DNA of 64,000 nucleotides from Pseudomonadota bacterium (GTDB lineage Bacteria; Pseudomonadota; Gammaproteobacteria; Comchoanobacterales; Comchoanobacteraceae): NCBI GenBank assembly GCA_036148435.1, contig JAYYHL010000007.1, positions 52,830 to 116,829 of the forward strand, read 5' to 3'. Shown piece by piece: positions 62,681 to 64,000 of this stretch (position 1 is its first letter; each line of letters starts with the position of its first letter). The notes under the pieces were generated by a model. It saw only the letters and a program-made list of their open reading frames with translations, ran no database searches and was not told where the DNA came from. The position numbers and the translations under genes were made by a program.

Positions 62681-64000
62681 ATGAATTTAAGTCGATCAGA
62701 TGTTTCAACAGTTGTGTTAGCGGCAGGCCGATCCTCTCGCATGAAAACAAATATTCCCAAGTGCCTGTTAGACTTTGCTGGTCGCCCACTTATTTCCAGG
62801 GTATGTGAGGCTGCGTATGAGCTACAGACGAGTTCTGTGGTTTTGGTTCATAGAGAACAAGACTATGAAGCGATGAGTAAGGCCTTAGACTTGTGTTCAA
62901 AAAACAATCCTGTTTGGCTTAGTCAGCAGGACTCCTTGGGATACGGAACGGGCGTGGCATTGCTTTCTGCATTGAAGGTGGTTAAGACGGCATATTGCTT
63001 GGTACTTTTGGGTGATGTACCTGCTTTATGTGTTGAAACTCTAAAGTCATTTGTTGATCAAGCTTGTCAACAGGGCACTGTCTCAGTGTTGAGTGCAATC
63101 AAACAGGATCCTGGTGCCTACGGTCGTATTTTAAGACAGGATGATGGGCAATGTGTTGCTATAAGAGAGGCAGCTCACCTGACAAAAAACCAGCTGCGTA
63201 TTACTGAAGTGAATACTGGCATCTTATTTTTGCCAGTAGCGTTTGCGCGAGCAACATTGTCTGAAATGGTTAAGGTAAACCTAGGATCGGAGGTGTATCT
63301 AACAGACTTGGTTGAAAAGGCCTATAAACAAGGGTTAATGCCCACTGCTTTTCCGTGTGATCAAGAAAAAGCATGGTGTTTTTGGGGTGTCAATACATTG
63401 TGTGAAATCACTCGTTTACAAAAATTGTATTATAGGAACCAGGCGAAAAAGCTCCTTGAACAGGGTGTTTGGGTTATGGACCCGTCTAGGTTTGTCTGTG
63501 CTGGGACATTGTATTGTGAGCCAGGAGTTGTTATTGATGAGGATGTAAGTATTTATGGCGTTGTGTACGTGAAAACAGATGCTCGTATTGGCAAGGGGGC
63601 AATTATTAACAACAGTATAATCGGTAAAGGTGCTGAGGTGCTACCCTATTCGATTGTAGAGAAGACAAGGTTAGGAGCGTCTGTCCGTGTCGGCCCCTTT
63701 GCTTACTGTCGAGGTCATACTGATATTGAAGACTCAGCACAGGTAGGCTGTTTTGTTGAGACAAAGAACACAAGAGTCGGTCGAGCGACTACAGCAAAAC
63801 ATCTTGCTTACTTGGGTGATCTAACGATAGAAGAGGGTGTAAATATTGGTGCAGGTGTTATACATTGTAACTACGATGGCTTGAAAAAACACCACTCAGT
63901 AGTTAAAAAACATGCTTTTATCGGAGCAGATACGCAGTTGATAGGACCTGTTTCAATTGGAGAGCAATCTGTTGTCGGTGCTGGTACTACTGTTGTTGAA
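62681..64000 (+). CDS. glmU: bifunctional GlmU (UDP-GlcNAc pyrophosphorylase / GlcN-1-P acetyltransferase), 3' end beyond window
   Basis: Not in the ORF track because no stop lies in the window. Hand translation from ATG 62681 gives MNLSRSDVSTVVLAAGRSSRMKTNIPKCLLDFAGRPL... Later hexapeptide repeats (IGKGAIINNSIIGKGAEV..) appear. Frame is open to nt 64000 (440 codons). Follows atpC, as in E. coli. Confidence 0.93.
   Translation, partial: MNLSRSDVSTVVLAAGRSSRMKTNIPKCLLDFAGRPLISRVCEAAYELQTSSVVLVHREQDYEAMSKALDLCSKNNPVWLSQQDSLGYGTGVALLSALKVVKTAYCLVLLGDVPALCVETLKSFVDQACQQGTVSVLSAIKQDPGAYGRILRQDDGQCVAIREAAHLTKNQLRITEVNTGILFLPVAFARATLSEMVKVNLGSEVYLTDLVEKAYKQGLMPTAFPCDQEKAWCFWGVNTLCEITRLQKLYYRNQAKKLLEQGVWVMDPSRFVCAGTLYCEPGVVIDEDVSIYGVVYVKTDARIGKGAIINNSIIGKGAEVLPYSIVEKTRLGASVRVGPFAYCRGHTDIEDSAQVGCFVETKNTRVGRATTAKHLAYLGDLTIEEGVNIGAGVIHCNYDGLKKHHSVVKKHAFIGADTQLIGPVSIGEQSVVGAGTTVVE

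Overview
This window is an origin-proximal chromosomal segment of a gammaproteobacterium. A Com1-like DsbA and an ankyrin/LRR 'eukaryote-like' protein suggest a Legionellales/Coxiellaceae-type intracellular lineage, but that call is inference only. About 60 protein genes are present, mostly housekeeping. In order they are metK, rpiA, apaH, cca, an ABC-2 exporter pair, a MidA-like methyltransferase, pseudoazurin, ruvX, dnaA-dnaN-recF, dps, gyrB, yaaA, priA, rho-trxA, parB-parA, rsmG, rsmD, ftsY, an M42 peptidase, ftsE/ftsX-like genes, rpoH, a Com1-like dsbA, mnmG, mnmE-yidC-yidD-rnpA-rpmH, rsmB, def-fmt, parC, tatD, atpIBEFHAGDC and the 5' part of glmU. rpmH is not in the ORF track and was found by hand translation. 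I recognised no rRNA, tRNA, CRISPR array, transposase or integrase. Non-coding features are three near-consensus parS sites around dnaA and a DnaA-box/AT-rich cluster upstream of rpmH that is a candidate oriC, 34 kb from dnaA. The most unusual content is as follows. (1) A 4.9-kb insertion splits the conserved recF-gyrB junction. It carries an ankyrin + BspA-type-LRR gene whose frame is broken at a poly(G)9 tract and whose 3' end overlaps recF antisense by 184 nt. It also carries a tandem duplication of a secreted 191-aa protein gene. (2) An ftsE homologue in conserved ftsY...ftsE-ftsX-rpoH synteny has lost every ATPase motif while its ORF is intact. (3) A barrel-only inverse-autotransporter-like outer-membrane gene is inserted between rsmG and parA, with a poly(C)8 tract upstream. 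(4) There is a NaK-like (TVGD filter) channel gene. (5) Strand composition places dnaA-dnaN-recF-gyrB-priA on the C-rich, apparently lagging, strand. I found no recognisable defence or mobile system.
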